This document shows, in pieces, positions 11,690 to 24,177 of a DNA stretch of 64,000 nucleotides. The stretch's first letter is position 1; every line of letters starts with the position of its first letter. The translations under genes and the position numbers were made by a program. The DNA comes from Octopus sinensis. Taxonomy: Eukaryota. The DNA lies in contig NC_043007.1 of NCBI RefSeq assembly GCF_006345805.1, positions 76,694,001 to 76,758,000 of the forward strand, in the 5' to 3' direction. The notes under the pieces are model-generated. The model made no database searches and had not been told where the DNA came from. It was given only the letters and a program-made list of their open reading frames with translations.

Positions 11690-12371
11690 TATTGTTATAA
11701 CTATTACAAGCCATATTATTTAGTAGGGATGTTGTTGAGGTTTGATGGCAACAAGTTTTCTCAATCTCAAGAATCTTTCTTAGTATCCTTGCAGAATACA
11801 GAATTGTACTTTCTGTTGGTTGACAATTCAAATTTCTGTTCCAATATCTTTTCAGCCTTGAGTAGTAGTTTAGATGTTGTACCAAGTGTACTGTATGTCA
11901 CAGGAATAATTGCCAACTTTGTCTTCCACAATATTTTCATCTCTTTGGCCAGGCCCTGCTAATTCTCAGTTTTTCCAATTTCTTTGGTATCTGCTCGATT
12001 ATCATTCAGTATTGCAAAATTTTACAATCTTTCCTTCTTTGTCCTCTATAATCACATCAGGTCTTCTTGCTTCAATAGTATGGTCAGTTTTTATGGGGAG
12101 GTACCATAAAATCCTGTAATTCTTATTCTCTATCTCCATGTTCATACCACTTTTTTGTTACTTTGAAGCCATACACTCTGCTAACATCCCAATACACTCT
12201 TTTACCCTGTCATGCTTTGTTTCTACTCTTTTTGTCCTAGCTGATTGCATTCACCCAAGAGATAGTTGATACTATTGTCTCCTTTCCCCACAGATTCTGC
12301 ACTTGATCTCTGAGTTTTATCAACTCTTACCTTTATTAGATTTGTCCTACATTCTTATTCTAGTGCAGTTA

Positions 12372-12375
<4 letters not shown>
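11690..12375 (-). mobile_element. R4/Dong-like (RLE) LINE 3' fragment
   Basis: Decayed CCHC knuckle (KVRVDKTQ...INYLLGEC), KWYEH, TDHTIEARRPDVII (PD..D nuclease) and ARILRKILE end. Confidence 0.75.
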
Positions 12376-12409
<34 letters not shown>

Positions 12410-12435
12410 ATAATAATAATAATAATGATAATAAT
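12372..12435. repeat. Compound microsatellite (CTA)n(AAT)n
   Basis: Read directly from the sequence. Confidence 0.95.
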
Positions 12436-12822
12436 GGTTTCAAATTTTGCCACAAGGGCAGCAATTTTGAGGGAAAAAAATGAGTCAGTTACATCTAGCC
12501 CAGTGTTCAACTGGTACTTATTTTATTGATCCCAAAAGGATAAAAGGTAAAGTCCACCTCAGTGGAATTTCAACATAGAATGTAGCGATGGGCAAAATAC
12601 AGTTAAGCATTTTGTCTGGTGCACTAGTGATTCTGCCAGCTCAATGGTTTAAAATTTTGGCAGAGCCAGAAATTTTGAGGGGAGGGTAAGTTGTTTACAT
12701 CGACTGCAGTACTTGACTGGTATTTGTTTTATCAACTCTGAATGGATGAAAAGCAAGGTCAACCTTGGCAGAATTTGAACTCAAAACATAAAAACAAAAT
12801 TCTGTGAAGCATTACTAATGAT
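12436..12822 (-). mobile_element. Two tandem copies of SINE family B
   Basis: Each has ggtttcaaatttt...actggtacttatttt...gaatttgaactcag...aagcatt; the first abuts an (AAT)n tract. Confidence 0.8.
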
Positions 12823-12859
12823 TTCTTTATTGACCATGAAGGTACATCAAGAAAAAAAT

Positions 12860-13790
12860 TATGGACTGCACAAAACAAAAACAATGCATATGCCACCAAG
12901 TATATAAAAACTGCTTGCCCTTCCTAGTTAAAAGAAGGTAGCAGGGTGGTCTTCAAAAGGGATTCAGTTGTACTGCAGGCATTTGACATAAACCCACAGG
13001 TCAGCAATGCTCAGGCACTGGACGAGCACATGCTGGACAGCTTCTATGTCTGTAGAGTTTATCTCAAACAGGCAAAGCTCCACAGTAGCACTTTGAGGCC
13101 CAGTGATTTCTGGTAGTTATCCATCAGTCCTGGGCTCAAAGTTCTCACGAAGAGAACTGATTATCTTTGATGCCCAAGATCTCCTCAAAAATGCCATTAA
13201 ACTTTCCAGTCACTAATCCTCTGTGTAATGCTAAAGTGGATTTTCCATCTATTGTACTGTTCAACTTTCCAAATACCTTCCCTCAGTCTCTGTTTGATCC
13301 AGGATTGCAACTCCATTAAGGAGACCAGCTGGATAAAAAATGCATCTGGTTTAATGGTGACCACACCTGTTCGCTTTTAAGGAAGCACTGGAGATGTAAC
13401 CTTAATACATGTTTGTGTATCATCAGCCATAGCATGCCCAGTCCACCATGCAGTGGGTGCTGACAGCTGATAGACTGCCTGACTATCGAAAAGTATCCCT
13501 TCTACAAGAAGCAAAAGAGCATACACCCAATGTAATCAGATGGGGATTGGAACAAGGCATGATGGTCAAGCAGTAATAGATGACATACCACTTCTGCCTG
13601 ACCTTCAGAGATAGCTTTCTCTTGGCCCATATCTGGGTGAGATTAGTCACTGTGCTCACTACCTCATCTCAATTTTTGTGTATCTGGAGGTCCAAACCAA
13701 ACTAGACCCAAAGCAATTTAACTGGTCTGTCTGTCCAGTACCCAACAATGCAGTTGGATGACATGGACTTGCTTTTCTAGGTGCTGAGCC
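12860..13790 (-). mobile_element. Tx1/L1-clade LINE ORF2 C-terminal fragment
   Basis: Minus strand KLLWV*FGLDLQIHKN*DEVVSTVTNLTQIWAKRKLSLK, GALPV*DKLYRH and HVLVQCLSIADLWVYV (zf-RVT region), with frameshifts. Confidence 0.75.
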
Positions 13791-13794
13791 ATAT

Positions 13795-13952
13795 TTCATC
13801 TGTCTTATGCTTTGAGTTCAAATTTTGCCATGGTTGGCTTTGCCTGGGTTGATAAAATATGTACCAGTCAAATACTGGTGTTGATGTTATCTACTTAGCC
13901 CCATCCCTAAAACATCTGACCTGTTGCCAAAATTTGAAACCATTATTATTAT
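13795..13952 (+). mobile_element. SINE family B, partial
   Basis: gagttcaaatttt...ataaaatatgtaccag...aaaatttgaaaccattattatt. Confidence 0.7.
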
Positions 13953-14605
13953 TTGATGAAAACTCTCAGCTTATTCTGCTGGATATGATGGAAAGTGTCA
14001 GCTACTCATAGCCAGCAGACTTAGGTGACATTTGTTTACTGATTATGCTCCAAGAACCCTGTGGAGAACTCTTGTAGATCCCAGTTAGAATTTTCTTCTG
14101 GTTGAGTAACCCATCTAGCTCAAAAGGTCCCTGCATAAGGGTTGTTTAAGGATGTTGAACGAAACACCCATGTTTCCAGAGGTGAATTATTCAAACCCCA
14201 AAGAATCCCTTTCAACAAATGGCTATGATGCTCCCCCACTACTTCGGCTTGTGATCAGAGATACGCATATTGTCAGCCACTAAGGGACATGCTCAACTGG
14301 TTAAGGTCAAGCAACTGACAAGTAAATCTGTGGTATTGAGCGGAATATTTGCTGTAGCCCATCTTTTATACCAAGACAGAACAATGTACATGATAACACT
14401 TCCAATCAGTTAAGATCAGAAGCCACGAGAGCCACTGCCTGGTACTGCATCAGGGCAATTATTATTATGTGATTTTTGTTGGTGTTCTACTTTCACACTT
14501 GTATCAATCTTTTTGAGCCATATTGGTAGTTGAGTGCTGAATCTTCCAAGTGCACCAGTTACTACTGGTATCACATCTACACCCCTCATTGACCACAAAC
14601 TTCAT
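13943..14605 (-). mobile_element. Short R4/Dong-like LINE 3' end interrupted by an insertion at 14080-14468
   Basis: WSMRGVDVIPVVTGALGRFSTQLPIWLKKIDTSVKVEHQQKS resumes as GSTRVLHRVLGA* (stop at 14043-45) beyond the insertion, then a 3' UTR and (AAT)n tail. Confidence 0.75.
14080..14468 (+). mobile_element. Unclassified non-coding retroposon, copy 1 (truncated)
   Basis: Aligns by eye along its length with 14742-15110; ends in (ATT)n. Orientation inferred from the truncation and tail. Confidence 0.7.
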
Positions 14606-14613
14606 ATTATTAT

Positions 14614-15138
14614 TGAGTGAGAGAGCAGTGCATGCCATCAAAGTGACACTGGGGTAAAATATTCGAAGCCTAGTATACCCATCATGATTACCCATCTGAT
14701 AAGGGTACACCAGGCACATGCATCACAACCATGGTGCAGTCCAGTTAGAATTTTCTTCAGGTCAAGTAGCCCATCCCACTCAAATGATCCTTAAATAAGG
14801 GTTGTTTAAGGATGTTGAATGAAACACCTATGTTTCCAGTTGTGACATATTCAAACTCCGAAGAATTCCTCCCAACACATGGCTATGATGCTCCCCCACT
14901 TCTGCTTGTGATCAGAGATCCACATATTATCATCCATCAAAGGATATGCTTATCTGGTTGAAATCAAACAAACTGACAAGCAAATCTGTGGTATTGAGCA
15001 GAACATTTGCTGTAGCCCATCTTTTATACCAAGACAATACATGTACATGATAACACTTCCAATCAGTTAAGATTAGAAGCCATGAGAGCCACTGCTTGGT
15101 ACTGTGCCTATTATTATTATTATTATTATTATTATTAT
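14614..15138 (+). mobile_element. Unclassified non-coding retroposon, copy 2, flanked by ATT repeats
   Basis: Same family as 14080-14468 with an extra ~130 bp at the left end; ATT repeats on both sides. Confidence 0.7.
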
Positions 15139-15769
15139 GTTAGAAATTTCTAGTAGTATTTTCTTTATGCCATTATTTTGCTAGTCTGTTGCTAGAGTTT
15201 TTTCAACTTAATTTTTGTAATGAAGATATTTTCCATTTGTGAGATCTAGGTAATGGACAATGATCTTCATAGGTAAGAGTTCAAACTTTACTATAGCATT
15301 ATGTTGTAATTCTCAGCAAGACAAAACAGATATTAAAAATACAATTAATCCAATGAAGACCAATTCGCTAATGCCTGCATGACGGAAATGGCTGTGTGTG
15401 TTATCTATTTATTTAGAGATTTCAGACCAAAGTCATCAGATTTATTTTGACATATTGGATGTTTTAATGCACATGTTTTTCGGAAGCATATCCCAACTGG
15501 GAATTGATACTGCATCATAACATTGGTTCACTAGCAACTTATTGCTCTGCCTTGAAAGCATTTACTCTTATTATGTCGACAATTCTTTTGACTTGGCACA
15601 AAGTTTATTGTGTAGAGAGATGAACCAACCTAGAATATTACTGATAATGCTTTTTACCCCATTTGTTTGAAAGAATAAAGATTTAAACTCTTCCATCAGT
15701 ACCACTGCCATCACCACTACTACCAACAACGAGGAAGAAAGCAGGCCTCTCTGAAACTATACTATAGAT

Positions 15770-16050
15770 GCAGGCATGGCTGTGTGGTTAAGAAGCTCAC
15801 TCTACAACCACGTAGTTTTAGGTTCAGTTCCACTATGCAACAGGTTAGGGAAGTGTCTTCAACTACAGCTCTTGGCCAACCAATATCTTGTGAGTGAGTT
15901 TGGTTGACAGAAACTGTGTGGATGCCAATTGTGTGTGTGTGTATCTGTGTCTGTGTTTGTCCCCTCCCACTGCTTGACAACAGGTGTTGGTGTGTTTATG
16001 TGCCTGTAACATAATAGTTTGGGAAAAAAGACTGCTAGCAATACACCAGG
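15770..16050 (+). mobile_element. SINE family A
   Basis: ggcatggctgtgtggttaagaagc...ggttcagttcc head with an internal TG tract; multi-copy in this window. Confidence 0.8.
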
Positions 16051-16084
16051 TCTAGTGTTCCTGCAACTTTTGGAATACAATTCA

Positions 16085-16643
16085 TTCTAGATCTCGACAG
16101 TGGTGTTAAAACAGCCATCTTTGAGCTGCATTTTCATCCCGGAGAAGAGATGAAAGTTCAGAGATGTCAAACACTTCAAAGCAGCTCATTAGAACTCTCA
16201 ATTTATTATCTGACCCTGGGGGATGAATTTTTGATGCACAGTATCACATTTCTGGAGGTGACACTCATGGCAGGTCTTCCAGATTACTCATCATCTTTCA
16301 AGGATGTTCTTCTGCTTTTGAAGCACCAGTGCCACTCGAAACATTGCGTACGACCCATTGCCTTGTTGCCGTAAGCTTGCTGAAGCATGCTCAATGTCTC
16401 TGTGGCAGACTTCCCAAGTTTAATGCAAAATTTCATGTTGAGCTCCTTGTTCCTGTCCATGACAAAATTGTAGACTGCAGTATACATGTGTTCACAAAAA
16501 CAAATTTCACAACTTGCGAAGTAAACACAGTGGGCACACTACCTCATGAAGGTCACTGCTAGCTCTTACTGTGCACACATCTCTGTGCTGCCCTCTGTTG
16601 GCATGCTACAAAACTAGTCCAGGAACTTTTTGATATCTTGTAT
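16085..16643 (-). mobile_element. Mariner transposon 5' fragment (TIR plus HTH region of the transposase)
   Basis: MKFCIKLGKSATETLSMLQQAYGNKAMGRTQCFEWH..FKS.RTSLKDDE*SGRP; TIR-like TACAAGATATCAAAAAGTTCCTGGACT ending at a TA near 16642. Confidence 0.9.
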
Positions 16644-16699
16644 AATAATAATTTCTCAATTTAGTTTCTTCTTTACAAAATTAACTAATGTAGTTAGGA

Positions 16700-16910
16700 A
16701 TGCTATCCTGCATATCTCTTCAGCTGGTGCCAGGTAAAAGCACCTGTGCCAGTGCTGCATAAAAGCACCCAGTAAACTCTGTAACGGGGTTAGCATTAGC
16801 AAGGGCATCCAGCCATTGAAACCATGCCAAAACAGACATGGAGTCTGGCCAGCCCCTGTCAAAAAATCCAACCAATGTCAGCCTGGAAAACAGATGTTAA
16901 ATGATAATGT
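16700..16910 (+). mobile_element. RTE-tailed short element
   Basis: Ends in atccaaccaatgtcagcctggaaaacagatgttaaatgat, the same tail type as 6880-6912 and 62470-62525. Confidence 0.6.
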
Positions 16911-18861
16911 GTTATTTGTGCAACTACAACTGTAGCCTATTGGTCATTCTAACAGTTATTGAACCTGAAATTTGAAAAAAAAAAGAATTGGTAATTTATG
17001 AGGACTATTTATGAAGTATATTGATGGTGCATGATTTTTATGATGTAGTCAGTACTTATAATAATGACTTACTAACATAGTTTTATAGAGTCCTCTGTTT
17101 GAATTTAACAAAATATTTAATATAATGTATATAAAATAGAAATATGTACAAAAATACATGTAAATCCAGGAATAGACTTCTATAGTTATACACCTAGCTC
17201 TATGAACTTTCTGTTCTTTACATGAATGATCTTTTTATTGCATTAACATATCATTGGATTGGTTTACAATAATAAGATTATAGATGGATTAACTAATAAA
17301 GCACATTATAATCTCATACTTTAATCACACCAGTATGTGTACAATGTGTTTTCTCAACCACTGTTAGATTGACGGAAGTTTTCTGCTCTCTCTTGTTTTA
17401 TGCTAACTGCAAAGTTTTTCTTCTGTATGCTCTTTCAAAGAGTTACAATCTTTAAATTATAATCACTCAAATATTGTCAATTGAAAACAAAATTAATTAG
17501 AATAATTGCTGCAATAAAAAATTCAAAATGGAAATTGGGAAAAAATCCCTAAAGAAAACAATGGAAATAAAGAATATTTCTGGCAAAATGGACCTTATGA
17601 TTGACAATTTTGGTGAGTAAATGTGATTGTTAATCAATCAAAATTATAAAGTCTTACAAATTTTTTTAAAGATTTTAATATAGTTTCATTTTTGTTTGAA
17701 CTTTTTGTCACATATTGGGTCTATATTAAGTAGTTGTTCCTTTCTATTGTCGTAATAATTTATTTCAGAAATTTGAAATGTTTACTATTTATCATAATTT
17801 GTTTTATTATGTTTATTCTTTTGGGTTTGTTCTGTATCTTTGATTTATTCTAAATTTTATTCAGATTTAAAGGACAGAAAATTAATTATGATATCAAATT
17901 TTAATTTAATATTTAGTGTTCTTTGTATTTTGTATTTCACACAGAGCATTGCATATATGGAAATGAATGTTTATTTAATTTTATGTAGGGAAATTTTAGC
18001 ACTTACGTATTTGATAATTTTCCTAAGCACTATCTTGGATTTTGTCATTCCTACCAATATTTATAGAGCTGAATATTTATCTCAGAGCAAGTTAAGTTTT
18101 CAACACTGTGTTTAATTAATACGTTGAAATTAAAGAGAAGTTTCACCTTTCATTGAACTTGAATGCCTTGAGTTTCTGTTAGGTTCAGAAGAAGTTTATT
18201 TTATTTATATGTGAAATTAATTTCTTATGTTATTTAAAAACAAACCAGCTTGTTGTGTAATTTCTATCCTCTAAGAATTTGAACTTTTTCTCTGTTTAAT
18301 TAGAATTAAGTAATCTTTTGAAGTCTCTCTCTATCAAAACTCGTGCTGACTTTAATTAATCTGTATTTGCAAGCTAATAATGCATATACTTCCCTGTCGC
18401 ATTCAAATCGGTGTTAATTCTAGATTTTCTCTCCTGCATACTGACTGAACTGTTTGTTTACAATCAGATATAACCACCCTATCCACTTTCCTGCATACTC
18501 ATGCTTTGTAATCAGTTTAGATTCCACCCATCAGTTTTGAATAGTTATCTTGTCAAAGAAAATGTGTGCATGTTGAAGAAAGGCGAATAAACTACTAATA
18601 GAAAAGATATTATCATTTGTACAAACTGTCTTTCTTAATTGCTTCTCTTGTGAAGCAGTAACATTATTGTTTCCAACTTGTCAGCATAATAAACGAAGAT
18701 TGAAAGTCTATCAGTTTTCAATGCAAACACTTCACATCTCTTTATAGTAGTGATACTCAAATGTTTTTCTCCCATACCTCAGTTCAATTTTCCAAAGAGA
18801 AAACACGCACCTTACCATGAACAGACACACCAAAAAGCATATATATATATATATAAACTCA

Positions 18862-19256
18862 TTTTTACTTGTTTCAGTCATTTGACTGGCCATGCTGGAG
18901 CACCGCCTTTAGTCGAGCAAATCGACCCCAGGACTTATTCTTTGTAAGCTTGGTACTTATTCTATCGGTCTCTTTTGCCGAACTGCTAAGTTACGGTGAT
19001 GTAAACACACCACCATCAGTTGTCAAGCAATGTTGTGGGGACAAACACAGACACACAAACATATACACACACATATATATACATACATATATACAATGGG
19101 TTTCTTTCAGTTTCTGTCTACCAAATCCACTGGCAAGGCTTTGGTCAACCTGTGGCTATCGTAGAAGACACTTGCCCAAGGTGCCACACAGTGGGACTGA
19201 ACCCGGAACCATGTGGTTGGTAAAGAAGCTACTTACCACACAGCCAGTCCTACGCC
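18862..19256 (-). mobile_element. SINE family A, near full length
   Basis: Reverse complement of the family A head plus body; best-preserved copy in the window. Confidence 0.85.
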
Positions 19257-20909
19257 ATATGTGTGTGTGTGAGTGTGTGTGTGTATATATATATATGTTT
19301 AAAAGAAACTTTAATTAAAATTTTATTTCTAAGTGTTATTTGCTTGTATCCCATTCTGGAGTAATCCACAACTCAACAATATATTGCCATGACCCACTGA
19401 CAGAGCCTTTGCTCTGACTATTTTTAACATTCAGAATTCAAGAATGTGATAAGTAGATATTGTATTGTATAATGTTGGGAGTTCTGTAATTACATAATTA
19501 ATTTATTCCTCACTTAGTTGTGATTTCAGATCCTGCTGAGGTTGATTTTGCTGTTTTTTTTCTCCAAAAATATTATCGATACTTAAAATAAGTATCAATA
19601 ATATAGTAGAGTTAATTCAGTCAGTTTAGTTCTATTATGTTTAGTCAACATATATTAACTGTATATACTCCATTTCTTTTGCTATTCTGACATCTTCAAC
19701 ACACATGCATGTATGTGCTGTTGGTGTTGAAGACTATGTCTTTATTGAATAATGTTTAAAATGTAAATTGTGTGAGCTACTGATGGATTAGTAACTTGGT
19801 TAAGCTGTCCAGTTCATCAATAAGTTCTCATTGATAAATCCAAGAATTCAAAGAAACTAGCTGAAGTCTGCTTTGGCAAGTATGAGTTTCATGAAAACCA
19901 ATATGAGCCATGAGGTTAATTTCTGGATATACAAAGGAAGCCTTATGGTTTATGTGGTTTTTGATTTCAAACTTCACCCGAACTGACCTTATGTTTTATC
20001 TTCCTGGAGTCTTAGTAGAATAGGTCTTATTGTCTTCCTTACCACAAATTTATTCCTAAAAAATTAATCTGATAATGCAGTATATATCTAGCAAACCCTT
20101 GTTATTTTTATTGAAAGTTCTGTGAATTGAAATGTAATAAAAAGGAATGAAATTAATTATAAATATGAACAGCAAATATATACTGTCTAATATACTTTTA
20201 ATGACTTAAATTGGAAATACTTGCTGTTGGGTTACCATAGTTCTTGGAAAAAGCATAAACATCCATTTTCCTTAGCTCTACAAGTATTAAGCTTTATATT
20301 CCATGTTTAGAAATTGAGACGATCAAGAAGTATTTTCTAAATATTTTTTTTTTTTTCAATGTCAAGTTCTGCTGTATAACTGAAACATTAACACTAATGA
20401 CGTTTTGATGAAGATTAAAAATAATTATTGAAGTAAATCAATTAGAACACTTAATAAGATTTATGTATTATGTAGATTAACTTGCTATTGATGGGTGTCT
20501 ACAGTTGGCTTCACTCATTTAATAGGTTTTTATTTTGCAGGACTTCCAGTGAATCTCTAGTTGTTTGTTGTATTTCTCTGATGTGCTAATGCAGGATTGA
20601 GGCAAATGGCAAGATTTGACCTGCCCAAGTTGATACCAGCAGAGAAAATAGGGCGATAAAACTTTTGATGATCATAATCAGTTAATTTAGCTATTATATT
20701 TGTTCATGATAGGGTTATTTAAGAAATGGCATATTTTTACCATATGCTCAACATTTAGCTTAAATGTAGGATCATATGTAAAATATAAGATTTTTGCTAT
20801 TCTGTTGAATTACTTCCTTTATAAGTAACTTAAACTGAGTTTTACTTACTCTCATTTGGCATGTCCTAGAAAGTTGTTCTTATATGTAGTTTTTAAGTTT
20901 TTTCTAGCT

Positions 20910-21258
20910 TCTTTTTACCTTTTACTAGTTCCCATCATTGGATTGTGGCTATGCTGGAGCACTGATTTGAAGAGTTTTGTTGAACTTATTTTAAGTTTTG
21001 CCGAACAGCTAAATTACAAGGATGTAAACAAACCAACATCTGTTAGTCAAGTGGTGGTGGGGGACAAATGCAAAAGTACACACATGTACATGTAAACATA
21101 TAATATAAACATGACAGGCTTGCACACAGTTTGTCTACCAAATTCACTCACAAGGCATTGGCTAGCTCAGAGCTATAGTAGGAGACACTTGCCCAAGGTG
21201 TTACGCAATGAAACTGAATGCAAAACCATGTGATTGCAAAGCAAACTTATTAACCACT
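20910..21258 (-). mobile_element. SINE family A
   Basis: Colinear with 18862-19256. Confidence 0.75.
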
Positions 21259-22847
21259 AGTTATAAAAACTAGTGTTTGTATCTGTGATCCACTGTAATT
21301 TCTTTTTTCCTTTAATGTAGTTTCATTTCATTAATTTTAACAAACCTCTCTGGTTTATTTTTTTTTTTAATCTCCCATTAATGTTAATGTTAGAGAAGTT
21401 CATTTTCAAAAAGTTCATTCCATTGATTATCACTATCATCTTATTAAATACTACTTATTGCTTGTTTTATGTTAATGTCTATATTCTTGCCTTACTGATT
21501 CGGCTTTCTCTTGCAATGACAAGAAATATATTGTTCTTTGGTGTTTTGTATACCATAACTTTTTCATATACTGTTCAGCTAAACATTATATCAGTTCACT
21601 TTTTTGGTTTTTTATACAAATTATGCATCTCTGCAAAGAGAAGGTGGGGAATTTGTCAACCTTGGTTATTTGTTGTTTATCCTCTATCAAAGTCATTCTG
21701 GCTACATCCAGTGCTTCAAGATCTGTCCTTCCTCTGACACCTGTTCACCCTTTCCTGCCAAAGCTCTTAACTTTTGTGTTTTTCCTGTTGGTCAGAAGTG
21801 GAGTTGGTCTTGTAGCTTTCTTTTGGATTTTGTTGCCCTGCATCATGTTTCTGTGAGGCAAGGTTTTCCTTTCCTCTCTCAGTTCTTATTGGTTTTGAAT
21901 TGTCATCAGTGCTTCTGTAACTTAGCTTTTTTCTAGATAGGCATGTAAGCCCTATGCAGACCCATTTTTACCTTTGTGAAGAGGTGGTTCATATTAGTCA
22001 GACCTCTCTATCGTTGGGCCTGTCCAGCATAGAATACATTATCAGGAGCTTGCATTCTGCTGGCATTACTCTGGGTCATTGAAGTACACAATCCATCACA
22101 CTACAAGGAGGAGTGGATCTTGTGGTGGAAAGAATATGTCAGCAACTAATAAGAAACCGACAACTCTGTTTAGAGTTTAAAGCCATGTTTTGTACCTATA
22201 TTCGCTAGGGTATCTGACTAATTAAGAAAATGTCCCAGCACATATTCTAAATTTTATAAAGGTAAATCGGAGTCCATGAATTCAAGTCTGGTTTTTCATA
22301 CAAAACCATCTGCAAGTTCATTTTGAAATATATTTTTCATACTATTAAGTCCACAAGAATGAAAAGTATAATTTTAACTATAGCTTTTAACTGATTCTGA
22401 TAGGGTTTTAAAAAACCACTAAAGTATCAATTGATGCTCTCACTTCAGTATAGATCATCTATCTATAAGTTCATATTTATACTCGCAAAGCATGATACAC
22501 TTCATTAACAATAAAGTGCATAGATGACTGACTATCGAAGGATTCATTAATAGGTATATAGCAGTCAGAGAGACATAATGTACATATAATCACTGGTATA
22601 TACATTAAAATTCATTATTGGTTGTTTTAAAATTTAAATCTATGGAGGAGGGCAGAGCACATCCAGACAATTGAATTTGATGCAATTGATATTCATTTTA
22701 CTATGTGTATGCATGCACTCATGCATAAGCACTGTGTGTGTCTGTGTATGTATGTATATATATATATATATATATACACTTTGTACAAAAGAGCTCAGCC
22801 ATTTTTTGCTTTTATTCTACTGCAAATGAAAAATCTAAATAAATCAG

Positions 22848-23192
22848 CATTTTAATGTCTGTTTTCCCTTGCTTGCATGGATCAGGCAGAATTTGTTGAG
22901 GTTAATTTACTATGGTTAGATGCCCTTCCTATTACCAATCTCTAACATATTTCAAAGTAAGGTAATATTCCCCCATGACTTGTTTCATGAAGGACAGGAA
23001 ACAAGCAACATGGCTTTTATGTTAGTGACACTTATTTACTATTATCTATCATGTGACATGAAATAGATAAATAAATAGATAAATACAGGGTAGGCCATAA
23101 TGGGATACATTTTAAATGCTATTATCTTGGATTATAAAAATGACATAGAATACCAGATATATTTATTACATAACTGTCTTATTATGGTTCAC

Positions 23193-23237
<45 letters not shown>

Positions 23238-23416
23238 ATACACACACACACAGATATATACACACATGATTTTATATATATACATGATTAGCTTCTTTCA
23301 GTTTCCATTTCTGATGAGCCTGGGGTTATAGTAGAAGATACTTGCCCAAGGTGCAGTGGCTCTGAAGCCAAAACTACATGGCTGGTTAGGAAGTAAGCTT
23401 CTTAACCACTCAGCCA
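22848..23416 (-). mobile_element. SINE family A head with RTE-like tail and internal TG/CA tract
   Basis: Head at 23285-23416; tail ttttcccttgcttgcatgg near 22860. Confidence 0.6.
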
Positions 23417-23949
23417 TTATATAGTGATTTCATTTTGCGTGGGCACATGGGTAATTTTTTTCAATTAAGTTGCATAGTCAATTTAATTACCAGAATTTCT
23501 TTACTCTGAGGTGACCAAAAAATGATCCTTTTAGGATGGATTTGAACTAAAAATTTAGCATTGGCAGATCCATTGATATTTTTTGAGAGTAGACATAAGA
23601 TGTTGTGGCATTTATTCTTGTCTAGTAATATTTGTGATGCAAAAGAAGTTAACTTTCAGCCTGAAATTATCTTATTTGGACTTTTTAATGTATGGTATCC
23701 ACCATTAAATATTGACGAGCACCATGTAATTACTGCAGCATAATCATTGCACTGTGTAATTGAACTGTGGGGATAAATTGTTTGCAGTTTCCCCATTTTC
23801 TTTCGGATGGTTTCTAATACAAGTTGATTCATGTTTCAGTTACTCATTACAGTCTATCACAGTTCATTTAACTTTTCAATTTAAATCTAACAAATATTGA
23901 CAATGAATTATGTATGAAACTGAAGGCCAAGTTTATTTGACATTCCTTT

Positions 23950-24177
23950 TTAACCCTTTCATTATCATATTTCTGTTGAAACAAATCACCTTTGTTTCCA
24001 TTAATTTTGAAAACAATGAAGAATTTAGTAAAGTAACTTTATCATTATTACACTGGTGTTTGGAACATAAATTACAAGAAGTTTTGATGGACGGTTTTAA
24101 TCTTGATCGTTTTCAACAGTAAGTCTGCATGATAGGACTTGGGGCAGTCTTGGGTTGGTTAGTAGCAAAAGGTTTAA
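23950..24177. mobile_element. TTAA-flanked piggyBac-type MITE
   Basis: TTAACCCTTT ... AAAAGGTTTAA termini; internal sequence shared with the copy at 33712-33930. Confidence 0.8.

Noticed and set aside
21440-22130. Higher-complexity segment with overlapping ORFs
   Set aside because: Probably a decayed retroelement, but no diagnostic motif could be read.
23910-24122. 70-aa ORF ending at a GTAAGT donor, initially attractive as a host-gene exon
   Set aside because: It lies inside a TTAA-flanked MITE with a second copy at 33712-33930; kept only as an exonisation candidate.
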